NCBI GenBank assembly: GCA_035285545.1
Contig: JAYKGY010000005.1
Location: 1 to 62,540, forward strand
DNA from: Snowella sp.
GTDB lineage: Bacteria > Cyanobacteriota > Cyanobacteriia > Cyanobacteriales > Microcystaceae
DNA: 62,540 nucleotides
Direction of reading: 5' to 3'
The notes beneath the pieces are model-generated. The model was given only the letters and a program-made list of their open reading frames with translations. It was not told where the DNA came from and did no database searches. Both the position numbers and the translations under genes were made by a program. How positions within the stretch are numbered: position 1 is the stretch's first letter; the number at the start of each line of letters is the position of its first letter. Positions 1 to 9,576 of this stretch are shown one piece after another.

Positions 1-31
1 TGGTAAGAGGTCTAGATATGAAAAAAATTAG
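1..31 (+). CDS. 3' end of a gene running in from the left edge, probably the DUF4258-like partner of the next gene
   Basis: Frame 2 reads GKRSRYEKN* and overlaps the start of 18..212, as in coupled toxin-antitoxin-like pairs. Only 9 codons are visible. Confidence 0.4.
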   Translation, partial: GKRSRYEKN

Positions 32-212
32 CTATAGCAAAGATGTTGACGCTCTGTTAATTGAACTCTCTAACGAGGCGATCGCCTATGCCGAAAACGA
101 AGGAGATGTTATTTTGCACTACTCCCAAGATGACAAATTAATCTTAGTTGAAATTTTAGACTTTCGCCGTTTAGTTTCCACCGAAACTATGAGCGAATTA
201 TTGAAAACCTAA
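18..212 (+). CDS. DUF2283-family small protein (putative antitoxin-like)
   Basis: Pattern KISYSKDVDALLIEL...VILHYSQDDKLILVEILD is typical of DUF2283. Confidence 0.75.
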   Translation: MKKISYSKDVDALLIELSNEAIAYAENEGDVILHYSQDDKLILVEILDFRRLVSTETMSELLKT

Positions 213-301
213 GATCTTAAAATTTCCCTCGAAACCGCGATCGCCACTTAAAAAATTAGAACGTGATCGCAAACTACCTCAAATTACCAAAATATAAAAT
301 C

Positions 302-547
302 ATGAACACCATCACCCTAAAACTCTCTAACACACTTTATCAAAACTTACAAAATTTAGCCAATCAAACCGGGCGATCGCCTGAAGAAATTGCCACAGGC
401 TTATTAGAAAAAGACCTGCAAATTCTTGATGATCCTGTAGATGAATTTATTGGAGCCTTTCAAACGAATATTCCTGATTGGGGAGAAAATCATGATTATT
501 ATTTAGGTCAACAATTCCAAGAAAATCACAATGGGGGAAAGAGGTGA
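302..547 (+). CDS. Small RHH/CopG-like protein, putative antitoxin
   Basis: N-terminal ITLKLSNTLYQNLQNLANQTGRSPEEIA is RHH-like. C-terminal DEFIGAF..DWGENHDYYL resembles VapB-like antitoxins. ATG at 302 preferred to GTG at 263. Confidence 0.55.
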   Translation: MNTITLKLSNTLYQNLQNLANQTGRSPEEIATGLLEKDLQILDDPVDEFIGAFQTNIPDWGENHDYYLGQQFQENHNGGKR

Positions 548-587
548 TTTTCTTTAGGTAATCAGCAGGTAATGTAATGAATCAAAT

Positions 588-621
588 AAAAAACTTCCGC
601 TACAAAAACCTGTAACGGAAG
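588..621 (-). terminator. Rho-independent terminator of acsF
   Basis: Minus strand CTTCCGTTACA-ggtttt-TGTAGCGGAAG followed by T6. Confidence 0.75.
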
Positions 622-648
622 CCTGAAACAGCAATTCAATTTGAGAAA

Positions 649-1725
649 TTAACGAACGGTTCCTTCTAACTGATCGACACGAATGGGTTTGAGCAGATAG
701 AGTTTAATAAATTGCCAACCGTTGGAAAGGAAAATCGGTAATTTTTGTAATCCTTTGAGGAAACCAGGCGCATTAGAAGCATCGATCGCGCGTAATTTTT
801 CGTTGTTGCTTACACAGGTTTCTAAGCGATCATAGAATTCAGGATTTTTGATGTCCAGAATAATCGGGAAAACTCGGCCTGCGGTATCGTTGGTTTTGTC
901 GATAACTTCCTTATCGTATTCTCTGGCATTCAAGCCTAAGATGGCATAGAAATCAGCACGTTGCAAATCATTTAAATACATGGTTGCAAACACCGATAAG
1001 AGGAAGAAACGGCACCAGAGACGAGCGCGCCAATCGTTTAGGGTGTTGGGTTGGGCCCGCATAATGGCATCAAAGAAATCCCCATGACGGTTTTCATCTT
1101 GACACCAGTTTTCAAAGAATTTAAAGATGGGATAAACTCTGTCTTCGGGATGCTGCTCTAAATGACGGTAAATGGTGATATAACGCCAGTAACCAATTTT
1201 TTCAGATAAATAGGTTGCGTAGAAAATAAATTTGGGTTTAAAGAAGGTATATTTACGGCTCTTGGTTAAAAATCCTAAGTCGAGGGATAAATCAAAATCC
1301 GACATCGCTTTATTTAAAAAGCCCGCATGACGCGCCTCATCCCGTGACATTAAATTAAAACACTCAGCCAAGAGGGGATTTCTATTTTTTAAGCGTCTGC
1401 CTAATTCTTTGTAGAGCAAAAAGCCAGAAAATTCTGCCGTACAGGAACGCTCTAGGAATTCCATAAAAAGACGGCGTTTTTCCCCGTCAATATGGGCCCA
1501 AGATTGTTCAAACTCCTCATCCCGAACGAAGTGATGACGATTGTAATCAACGCGAAATTCTTCAAGAATGGCTTCTAGCTCTTCCTCATTAGGAGAAATA
1601 TCCATGTTGGCCACTTCGTCGAAATCGGTTGTATAGAACCGAGGGGTGAGGATCGTTTCTTTGGCTGGAGCTTTAATACCAGGGCGAAGTTCCTCAAATT
1701 CAGGCTTTTGGAGAGTTGTAACCAT
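649..1725 (-). CDS. acsF: Mg-protoporphyrin IX monomethyl ester (oxidative) cyclase
   Basis: [27 protein letters not shown] and two di-iron motifs DEARH and DENRH. Confidence 0.97.
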   Translation of the reverse strand: MVTTLQKPEFEELRPGIKAPAKETILTPRFYTTDFDEVANMDISPNEEELEAILEEFRVDYNRHHFVRDEEFEQSWAHIDGEKRRLFMEFLERSCTAEFSGFLLYKELGRRLKNRNPLLAECFNLMSRDEARHAGFLNKAMSDFDLSLDLGFLTKSRKYTFFKPKFIFYATYLSEKIGYWRYITIYRHLEQHPEDRVYPIFKFFENWCQDENRHGDFFDAIMRAQPNTLNDWRARLWCRFFLLSVFATMYLNDLQRADFYAILGLNAREYDKEVIDKTNDTAGRVFPIILDIKNPEFYDRLETCVSNNEKLRAIDASNAPGFLKGLQKLPIFLSNGWQFIKLYLLKPIRVDQLEGTVR

Positions 1726-1981
1726 AAATTTTTATACGGGTTTTTCTTGGATGCAAATTGCTCGTAACGCAAAAACGAGCCTAAAAATATAGTGTATCAA
1801 GGGATTCGCTCAGAATCATCCCTATTATGTTAAGAGTTGCAACGAAATACAAAATTATTTTGGCTGGTTAAAAACCGCTTTAAGCGTCAGGACGGCTAGA
1901 AGACTTTGCAAAGGTAGAGATATTTTTTATAATAGTCATTCCTGGATACTTTGAGCCGTTCTTAAGGGACTGAATTTAACC

Positions 1982-3265
1982 GTGATTGATACTAATCTAG
2001 AATTTTTAGCTGAAACTGACCCCGCGATCGCGGAAATTATTGACCGAGAACTCCAACGCCAACGGGTGCATTTGGAACTGATTGCGAGTGAGAACTTTAC
2101 CTCTCCGGCGGTATTAGCGGCTCAGGGTTCCGTATTGACTAATAAATATGCAGAAGGACTCCCGAAAAAACGCTACTACGGGGGCTGTGAATATGTGGAT
2201 CAGGCTGAACAATTAGCCATTGATCGGGTTAAGCAGTTATTTGGTGCGGCCCATGCCAATGTTCAACCCCATTCGGGTGCCCAGGCCAATTTTGCCGTTT
2301 TTCTAACCCTACTTGAACCTGGTGACACCATTTTAGGGATGGATTTATCCCATGGGGGGCACTTAACCCACGGTTCTCCTGTAAATGTTTCGGGTAAATG
2401 GTTTAAGGCTGCCCATTATGGCGTAAGCAAAGAGACAGAACGGTTAGATTACGACCAAATTCGGGAAGTTGCCCTAAAAGTTCGTCCGAAATTGTTAATT
2501 TGTGGCTATTCGGCCTATCCCCGCATTATTGAGTTTGATAAGTTCCGCGCGATCGCTGATGAAGTCGGGGCCTATTTACTCGCCGATATTGCCCACATTG
2601 CGGGGTTAGTCGCCACAGGCCATCATCCCAATCCCTTACCCTACTGTGATGTCGTGACCACCACAACCCATAAAACCCTGCGAGGCCCTCGTGGTGGTTT
2701 GATTATGACCAAGGATGAGGAACTGGGTAAAAAACTGGATAAATCGGTTTTCCCTGGAACCCAAGGCGGGCCTTTAGAACACGTTATTGCAGGTAAAGCG
2801 GTTGCTTTTGGAGAAGCCCTCAAGCCTGAATTTAAAGCCTATTCCGGTCAAGTGATTGCCAATGCTCAAGCCCTCGCAGCCCAACTCCAAAAACGGGGTT
2901 TTAATATCGTTTCGGGTGGAACGGATAACCACTTAATGTTGGTGGATCTGCGCTCTATCGGAATGACGGGGAAAGTGGCGGATCAACTGATTAGTGAAGT
3001 CCATATTACCGCGAACAAAAATACCGTTCCCTTTGATCCCGAATCTCCCTTTGTCACCAGTGGCTTACGGTTAGGCTCTCCGGCGATGACGACTCGTGGC
3101 TTGCAGGAAATGGATTTCGTAGAAATTGGTAATATTATTGCCGATCGCTTACTCAACCCTGATGATGACGGGGTAAAACAAGAGTGTCTACAACGGGTGA
3201 CCGATCTCTGTGCGCGTTATCCCCTGTATCCTCACTTAAAAATTCCGGTTCCCGCGATCGCCTAA
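1982..3265 (+). CDS. glyA: Serine hydroxymethyltransferase
   Basis: LIASENF, NKYAEG, GGHLTHG and PLP motif [14 protein letters not shown]. Confidence 0.98.
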   Translation: MIDTNLEFLAETDPAIAEIIDRELQRQRVHLELIASENFTSPAVLAAQGSVLTNKYAEGLPKKRYYGGCEYVDQAEQLAIDRVKQLFGAAHANVQPHSGAQANFAVFLTLLEPGDTILGMDLSHGGHLTHGSPVNVSGKWFKAAHYGVSKETERLDYDQIREVALKVRPKLLICGYSAYPRIIEFDKFRAIADEVGAYLLADIAHIAGLVATGHHPNPLPYCDVVTTTTHKTLRGPRGGLIMTKDEELGKKLDKSVFPGTQGGPLEHVIAGKAVAFGEALKPEFKAYSGQVIANAQALAAQLQKRGFNIVSGGTDNHLMLVDLRSIGMTGKVADQLISEVHITANKNTVPFDPESPFVTSGLRLGSPAMTTRGLQEMDFVEIGNIIADRLLNPDDDGVKQECLQRVTDLCARYPLYPHLKIPVPAIA

Positions 3266-3387
3266 TTCATGGACTGCTTTTTAGTCTAGTCAATTGATAA
3301 ACCGTCTAAATTTATGACCTAAGATAGAAGAAATGATTCAACTAGGGGATTTTACGGTAAACTCTGACTCAAGAGTCTTCAATAAAC

Positions 3388-4467
3388 TTGCCGTATCCCA
3401 TGCTAGGTGAACCATACCATCTGATCGCTTTCGTCATCTCCGTTGCCGTTGTTTGGTGGACAACCCCCATTGTTAAACGCATTGGACTCAAAGCGGGTTA
3501 CGTTGATCGTCCCAATGAACGAAAAATGCATCATCGTCCGATGGTTCGCCTGGGCGGTGTTGCCATTTTTACCGGCAGTTTAGTCGCCCTATTAATTGTG
3601 TGGTGGTCTGGCGGCTTTGGTCTTTTGCCTCCCAATAAAGAATGGGAAATTTGGGGCGTAACCCTGGGGGGAATCGCCTTCTTTTTAATCGGATTGATTG
3701 ATGATTTATTTAGCCTCAGTGCCATTTCCCGTCTGATTGCCCAAATGGGAGTGGCAGCCATTGTTTGGACGATGGGCATTCGCATTGACTTCATCACCTT
3801 GCCCTTTGCCGACTTAACTCAGCTTCACTGGTTGAGTTTGCCTATCACGATGATTTGGTTAGTGGGGATGGCTAATGCCATTAATTGGATTGATGGTTTA
3901 GACGGATTAGCCGCAGGGGTTTGTGGCATTTCCGCCGTTGTTTTACTCATTCTCTGTCTTTTTATGGAGCAATCGGCAGCAGCCCTAGTCGCGGCAGCTT
4001 TGGCAGGGGGAGCATTAGGATTTCTACGCTATAACTTTAATCCTGCCCAAATTTTTATGGGAGATGGGGGAGCTTATTTTATGGGCTTTACCCTAGCAGG
4101 CGTTGCCGTTATTGGTTTGGTGAAAGTCGCAGCCGTAACCACCGTCGCCGTAACTGCCGTGCTTTTACCCTATCTGGTGCTAGCGGTTCCTATTTTAGAT
4201 ATGTCGGTAGTGATTTTATCCCGATTAAAAAAAGGACAATCGCCTTTTGTTGCGGATAAGGGACATTTACATCACCGCTTGATGAAAGCTGGTATTTCCC
4301 ACCGTTCCACCGTTATTTTTATCTATGCCTTAACGCTGTGGGTGGGTAGTTTGGCTCTCGGTTTTTCCAATATTCCGAGCGGTTGGGGATTCGCGATCGG
4401 TGCAACCTTTTTATTAATTTATCAAGGATGGCAAGTTTGGCGCATTAGTCGTCGAACAAATGAGTAA
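3388..4467 (+). CDS. MraY/WecA family undecaprenyl-phosphate GlcNAc-1-phosphate transferase
   Basis: RKMHHRPMVRLGG, GLIDD, NAINWIDGLDGLA, FMGDGG, HLHHRL; multiple TM segments. Confidence 0.9.
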   Translation: MPYPMLGEPYHLIAFVISVAVVWWTTPIVKRIGLKAGYVDRPNERKMHHRPMVRLGGVAIFTGSLVALLIVWWSGGFGLLPPNKEWEIWGVTLGGIAFFLIGLIDDLFSLSAISRLIAQMGVAAIVWTMGIRIDFITLPFADLTQLHWLSLPITMIWLVGMANAINWIDGLDGLAAGVCGISAVVLLILCLFMEQSAAALVAAALAGGALGFLRYNFNPAQIFMGDGGAYFMGFTLAGVAVIGLVKVAAVTTVAVTAVLLPYLVLAVPILDMSVVILSRLKKGQSPFVADKGHLHHRLMKAGISHRSTVIFIYALTLWVGSLALGFSNIPSGWGFAIGATFLLIYQGWQVWRISRRTNE

Positions 4468-4512
4468 GCAGGCAATTGTTCTGGAGGCTGAAGTAATCTG
4501 CATTTAATTTCA

Positions 4513-6030
4513 TTATTTTGCTAACCATAAGACATAGTTTTTAGCTTCATCTTCTAGCTTCCTCATGGTTCTACGCCATTGTTCAACTTGTCGTTCTCTT
4601 TTTTGTCGTTCTTCCCCAGAAGGATAAGTTAGTCCGTACTTAGGGTCATACGAATCGGACGCGTTAACTCTCTTAAATAATTTTAATCCTTGATTAGGAT
4701 GGATATTTCTCTCTAATAACCAATGATTACAGGCAACTTGCCATAATGTACAATGATCATGAGCTTCCCCTCCCAAAGCACGAATTTTTTTAACTGATAG
4801 TTCTGAATTTATAAATAAAAACTTGTTTGTTTCTGCCGAATTTTTAAATAAGCGGGTTTCGCTCCCTTTGCCACGAAAGAACTCAACAACAAAATATTCT
4901 CCAAAATCAAAAATACAAATTTCTGTCGGTTCACTTCCATCATTTTTTAAGTAAGCAAACTCTTGATTTTTAAAACTATTATTTGATAATAACGAAGCAG
5001 ATTCAGGTAATAAGATTCTAATACGTGAAAACCTATCGCTATAATTTGACCAAAATACTCGACGAGAGCGAAGCTGCCTAAAATCTTTACTACTTTTATC
5101 TAAACAATTTAGTATCTCGTTTACTAAGTTAGAAAAATCATTATAATTAACTGCACCTATCCATTTTTGTAAAGCAAATTTAGCATTTGATGATAATTCA
5201 CTCCAACGAGAATTAGCAGAGTTGAATCCATAATTATTCCTTAACCATTCAACTAATTTTGGATATTTTCCACCTATTTCGGCAGGAATTTCGCATAAAA
5301 TAGACTCTACCGAATATAGTCGCTGCTCATCGCTCATTTCTTGAAAACAATTTAATAGCCAAGAAATATGATTTTGAGTAATTAAATGTATATTTGTGGT
5401 TGCAATTTCAATAAAATATAGAGTTGCATATTTTAAGCTTTCATCAATAATTGAAATTTTTGTTGGTAATTGGTTGTCTAAAAAAAGCTGATATGGCGTA
5501 ACAAGACATTGCCAAGCTATTTTAGTTATTTCAACTTGAGGGAGTTTAGAAAATAATGCGTTAATAATGGAACAAGTGACCTTATCTATTTGCGTTTGTG
5601 GAATAAATTTTGAAAATGTATTAGTAAGAGATTGAGGAAAAAAAGTACTTGTCTGTTGTTTATTTATATATAAAATTAGATTCCAAAAAAGTAATTGCTT
5701 TAAACTATTATTGTTTTGCGAATAATTCCAGATAAATTGTGATGTAGTATCACTTTTTTCAGGATTTATCTTGTCCCATTCTGATTTTTTGTAAATGCAA
5801 TAAATCCATTCTAAAAAATTAATATTTTGAAAATTTTTATTTTCAATATCTTCCATGATTTCATTAATTGTTCGGGGATGTTTATTAGGAAGATGGGGCA
5901 CACCTTCAGGAACTTTTATTGCTTTCAAAGCACTTTGCTTTCCCGACAAACCTGCTAGCTCTTTAAGTTGATTGGCTTCAATATTTGTTATTTCTGGAAG
6001 CTTTAATTGAGAAAAGTAGAATTTAGACAT
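4513..6030 (-). CDS. zorC: EH-signature domain protein (ZorC-like)
   Basis: C-terminal RRVFWSNY, FDFGEYFVVEFF and HDHCTLWQ match the EH_Signature pattern; directly downstream of zorAB-like genes. Confidence 0.75.
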   Translation of the reverse strand: MSKFYFSQLKLPEITNIEANQLKELAGLSGKQSALKAIKVPEGVPHLPNKHPRTINEIMEDIENKNFQNINFLEWIYCIYKKSEWDKINPEKSDTTSQFIWNYSQNNNSLKQLLFWNLILYINKQQTSTFFPQSLTNTFSKFIPQTQIDKVTCSIINALFSKLPQVEITKIAWQCLVTPYQLFLDNQLPTKISIIDESLKYATLYFIEIATTNIHLITQNHISWLLNCFQEMSDEQRLYSVESILCEIPAEIGGKYPKLVEWLRNNYGFNSANSRWSELSSNAKFALQKWIGAVNYNDFSNLVNEILNCLDKSSKDFRQLRSRRVFWSNYSDRFSRIRILLPESASLLSNNSFKNQEFAYLKNDGSEPTEICIFDFGEYFVVEFFRGKGSETRLFKNSAETNKFLFINSELSVKKIRALGGEAHDHCTLWQVACNHWLLERNIHPNQGLKLFKRVNASDSYDPKYGLTYPSGEERQKRERQVEQWRRTMRKLEDEAKNYVLWLAK

Positions 6031-6055
6031 ATAAAAATTGTTTTAGCTCCATACT

Positions 6056-6727
6056 TCAATTGTTTGATTTATTTTGCTTAGAATTTTCAAAAAGCTTAAG
6101 ATCTTCGCGTTTAAATTGAAAACGAAAAACTACTTTTCTATCTTGAGGATCATCAAACTTTTGTTGAGAATCAATTTCTCCTCTCCCTGCGGCCATAAGT
6201 TTTTTCTTGAGTTGATTCTTTTCAGGAAAATCTAATTGTTGAGAAAGGATATAATCGGAAACAGACAACGACCGTTTTAGGCTTAAATTAACATTATCTT
6301 GCTCTGAACCTTTAGAACTAGTATGACCTTCAATAATAATCCGAATAACTTGTTGATCAAATTTAGGATTAGAAAAAATAGTTTTACTGTAAATTGGAAT
6401 AAATTCTTGCAAAAATCGTTTTCCTTCCGGTTTTAAAACTGCGCTATTTTCATCAAATAAAATCTTATTTGCTAAACTAACATCACCTGTTTCGGGATCA
6501 ACTGTTATTCCTCCTCCTTTTATATTTCCTTCCAAAGCATTTAAAATACGTTGTGGTAGCTCCTCAATGACTCTTTTATATTCATTTAGCTGAACTAAAA
6601 CCGTGATGAATAACAAAGCAAAGATCATTACCAAACTGGACATTAAATCTCCAACAGAAAGCCAAACGCCTGAATCCTGTTCCTCAAGAAGTTCTTCGTC
6701 GGTATCATAATCAAATAAATCACTCAT
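6056..6727 (-). CDS. zorB: OmpA/MotB-family protein (ZorB-like)
   Basis: Single TM with conserved Asp (WLSVGDLMSSLVMIF), then an OmpA-like domain (IEGHTS, NVNLSLKRS, DRKVVF). Confidence 0.85.
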   Translation of the reverse strand: MSDLFDYDTDEELLEEQDSGVWLSVGDLMSSLVMIFALLFITVLVQLNEYKRVIEELPQRILNALEGNIKGGGITVDPETGDVSLANKILFDENSAVLKPEGKRFLQEFIPIYSKTIFSNPKFDQQVIRIIIEGHTSSKGSEQDNVNLSLKRSLSVSDYILSQQLDFPEKNQLKKKLMAAGRGEIDSQQKFDDPQDRKVVFRFQFKREDLKLFENSKQNKSNN

Positions 6728-6768
6728 GTATTTTACCTACTTTTTGATTTTTACTAGACTTAATTTCG

Positions 6769-8925
6769 TTAATTTTTATTGTTTTTTAGTTCATTAGCTG
6801 CTGCAACAAGATATTCTGCAACACTCATTAAACCTGAAGAAGATTCATTGAGATTAGAATAAATATTAGCCGTAAATTTATCAAACTCTTTCAAATTATT
6901 TGCATAAGTGCTTTGCGCTTTTTCCAAATAATTACTGAGTTGTTCATTGCCATTATTCAAGGCAAGATCGAAGGATTGATTCATTTGCTGTAGTGCCTGA
7001 TTAAATTGTCCTGTTAATTGTCGATAAGAATTTTCGACCTGAGCCGCTTCATTACCAATCGTTCGTGCCAATTCTTGTAATTGGGCTAAACGTTCGCTAG
7101 AATTTAAGCCAATTGCCGTTGCTAATTTATTAATTTCTGTCATTGTGGCACTGATTTTGTTTAAGCTTTGATTGACTTGTTCACTCATTGCTTGCCGTCG
7201 CTCAGCTTCTTCTAAAAATGCCTGTTGTAAATTATTCACAACCTCAGATAATCCTTCTCTTTGTTTGCCAAGTGTTTCATTCAACAAATTATTTTGTTCA
7301 TTAAAAAATTGTTGCAGCGCATTCTGATAGTCTAAACGGAAACTTTCTAACTCCGTTTGTACTGTTTCACGAGTATTTTGGAGCATTGTATCAATATTGT
7401 TCAAAGTTCCCAGCAAATTATCTTTAGCTTGGTTCAATAACATCGAAGCTTCTTGACCTACGGTAGTTAAAGTGTCAGATTGATTTTGAAAAGCTTCATT
7501 TGCTTTAACAAGAATCTGTTCGGTAGAAGAAGAAACCTCTCTTAACATTTGTTTCTGTTGTTCTGCTTGAGTATCTAGGGCTTGCTGTAAGTCTTCTCGA
7601 ATTCCTCGGAATGTTTCTGAGGCTTTATTCGCACTCGCTTCAAAAGCCCCCCTTTGCGCTTCCATGCCCGCAATACTTTGTTCTACAGCTTGATTAATTT
7701 CTGTAGCGACTTGCTGCATTACACCTTGAGTATCAGTACGAAATTCTGCCAAGATGTCCTGTAAATTACCCGCAAATTCTTGCAATTTTTGTAATGTATC
7801 TTTCTGGAAACTTTGGATCGTTTCCACCGCTCCTGCTAAACTTTGGGCAATGCCTCCTAATTCATTTTTTAACTCGCGTACAGCTAATGAAGCATCCCTT
7901 GTTAAGTTAGCACTTTGATCCAAACGCTCAACAACAGGTTCAATTAATTCCTGCCGCAATTGTTGAACTAACAATTCTACTGTTTGCTTCTGGTTTTCTT
8001 GAATTTCTCGAATAATCTGTAAGTCTTGTGAGATAGGCAATAAATATTTATGATTTTGTTGTTTAAGTTCAATTAAATTTTTAACTAATAAATTCTCTTC
8101 AGAAGACAGAGATTCTTTAATCGCGGCACTGATTGATTGAGGCGTTAGCAAAGATAGTTGCGCTAAACTGCTAGAAATTTGAGCCAAAGATTTTTCAATT
8201 TTTTGATCATCATTTTGACTGCTATTGGGATCTAATCGTGAAAGAATTTTCGCTGAACTTTCTACATACGCAATATTATTTAATTTTTTGTATATACTAT
8301 TACGAAATTTTTGTTTATCACTTCCACTCATGGAGAGAATTATCATAAATAAACTAGCACAAGACAAACCAAATAAAGATGTCACAAATGCTAGCTTCAT
8401 TCCTGACAAAAGTTTTATACTAGCGTCCAATAAATTTTGATTATTAGAAATAGTATTTAAATCAATTCCTTGTAATCCAGCGAAAATCCCTGTAAAAGTC
8501 CCTAAAATTCCCAAGGCAGTCAGTAAAGTTGGAGCAAAATATACTGGGCTTCTTGGGACAGATTTAATTAATATTGTTGGATAAGAAAAAAGTAGAAAAT
8601 ATTGATCTTGCTTTTTAGGTCTAAATCTTCCAGAAACAATTTCTCCATCAAGATATTTGATTAGCCATGTAAAAACATTTTTGTTGTCTACATTACGACT
8701 TTCAATCCAATCTTTATTTTTATATTTACTTAGAATTTCTATTGCATTTCTTATTGTGCTAAATTCTTCTCGATTTTTATAAGAGAATACTGACCTTAAT
8801 TCAAGTATCAAACATATAGCAGCGGTAAATATAATACTTCCAACAAATATAAAAATTCCTAAATACCCGCTAAATAGGCTAACAAAAAATTGAAAAAATT
8901 GATAAAGTAATTCCATAAATCCCAT
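6769..8925 (-). CDS. zorA: MotA/TolQ/ExbB-like membrane protein with long coiled-coil tail (ZorA-like)
   Basis: TM motifs PTLLTALGILGTFTGI and GMKLAFVTSLFGL, followed by about 500 aa of Q/E/L-rich helical tail. Confidence 0.85.
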   Translation of the reverse strand: MGFMELLYQFFQFFVSLFSGYLGIFIFVGSIIFTAAICLILELRSVFSYKNREEFSTIRNAIEILSKYKNKDWIESRNVDNKNVFTWLIKYLDGEIVSGRFRPKKQDQYFLLFSYPTILIKSVPRSPVYFAPTLLTALGILGTFTGIFAGLQGIDLNTISNNQNLLDASIKLLSGMKLAFVTSLFGLSCASLFMIILSMSGSDKQKFRNSIYKKLNNIAYVESSAKILSRLDPNSSQNDDQKIEKSLAQISSSLAQLSLLTPQSISAAIKESLSSEENLLVKNLIELKQQNHKYLLPISQDLQIIREIQENQKQTVELLVQQLRQELIEPVVERLDQSANLTRDASLAVRELKNELGGIAQSLAGAVETIQSFQKDTLQKLQEFAGNLQDILAEFRTDTQGVMQQVATEINQAVEQSIAGMEAQRGAFEASANKASETFRGIREDLQQALDTQAEQQKQMLREVSSSTEQILVKANEAFQNQSDTLTTVGQEASMLLNQAKDNLLGTLNNIDTMLQNTRETVQTELESFRLDYQNALQQFFNEQNNLLNETLGKQREGLSEVVNNLQQAFLEEAERRQAMSEQVNQSLNKISATMTEINKLATAIGLNSSERLAQLQELARTIGNEAAQVENSYRQLTGQFNQALQQMNQSFDLALNNGNEQLSNYLEKAQSTYANNLKEFDKFTANIYSNLNESSSGLMSVAEYLVAAANELKNNKN

Positions 8926-8926
8926 T

Positions 8927-9268
8927 TTAGCCCTCTACATTTAAAAATTGATTGATTTCTTGAGCTGACAATCTTTCTTGAGCAACTCTAATCGGAAGAT
9001 GAGCAGCATCTTTCCAGTTTGCAATAGGTTGAAGTAGGCATAAGCCATATAGAGGTTCTTCGCTTTGCGCTTCAGTATCTTCTGCAAGATAAACATACTT
9101 AGGCGCATAGCAACGCAAAAGCCTGATTTGTAAACTAGTCTTTAGATCTCTAAGTGAATTAGCTAAAGGAGAACCGGTTTCAAAAAGGTCTTGTGCTAAT
9201 TTCCAAGCATGATTAACGGTATTGATTTCCTTGACTAGTTGTTCAAGAGAAGGAGTAAGTAAGCTCAT
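8927..9268 (-). CDS. Hypothetical 113-aa protein, first gene of the Zorya-like operon
   Basis: Intact ATG ORF whose stop lies 1 nt before the zorA start. Confidence 0.75.
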   Translation of the reverse strand: MSLLTPSLEQLVKEINTVNHAWKLAQDLFETGSPLANSLRDLKTSLQIRLLRCYAPKYVYLAEDTEAQSEEPLYGLCLLQPIANWKDAAHLPIRVAQERLSAQEINQFLNVEG

Positions 9269-9576
9269 TTCTTGCAGAATATTAGTAAATAGCTATTATT
9301 TGCCTGTTTAAGCCAATAAATCTTATTTAGCAAAATCAAATTAGGCTTGCAATAGCAACATGATGATGAATCATACAATATTTTTAAAACCTTGAAAGTC
9401 ACTTTTTTTAGGGCAAAAAACATGACTTTACCCGTCTTGACTTTTTGCCATTTTAGTGTTTAAGCAGGCTTGTAGATCATGACGGGCGAATCTGCTCACA
9501 AAAGACTCCCCTTGGTTTGCTAAAATGCCTTAGATACCTTAATTTGACGCGATCGCTGTAACCTTGGGACTGAAGT

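Noticed and set aside
6056..8925. Flagellar stator MotAB or TolQR/ExbBD
   Set aside because: The very long tail, the OmpA-type partner and the adjacent EH-signature gene fit Zorya. Cyanobacteria lack flagella, and no tonB or tol genes are nearby.
9360..9380. Fur box upstream of the Zorya-like operon (ATGATGATGAATCAT)
   Set aside because: Poor fit to the 7-1-7 consensus in AT-rich DNA.
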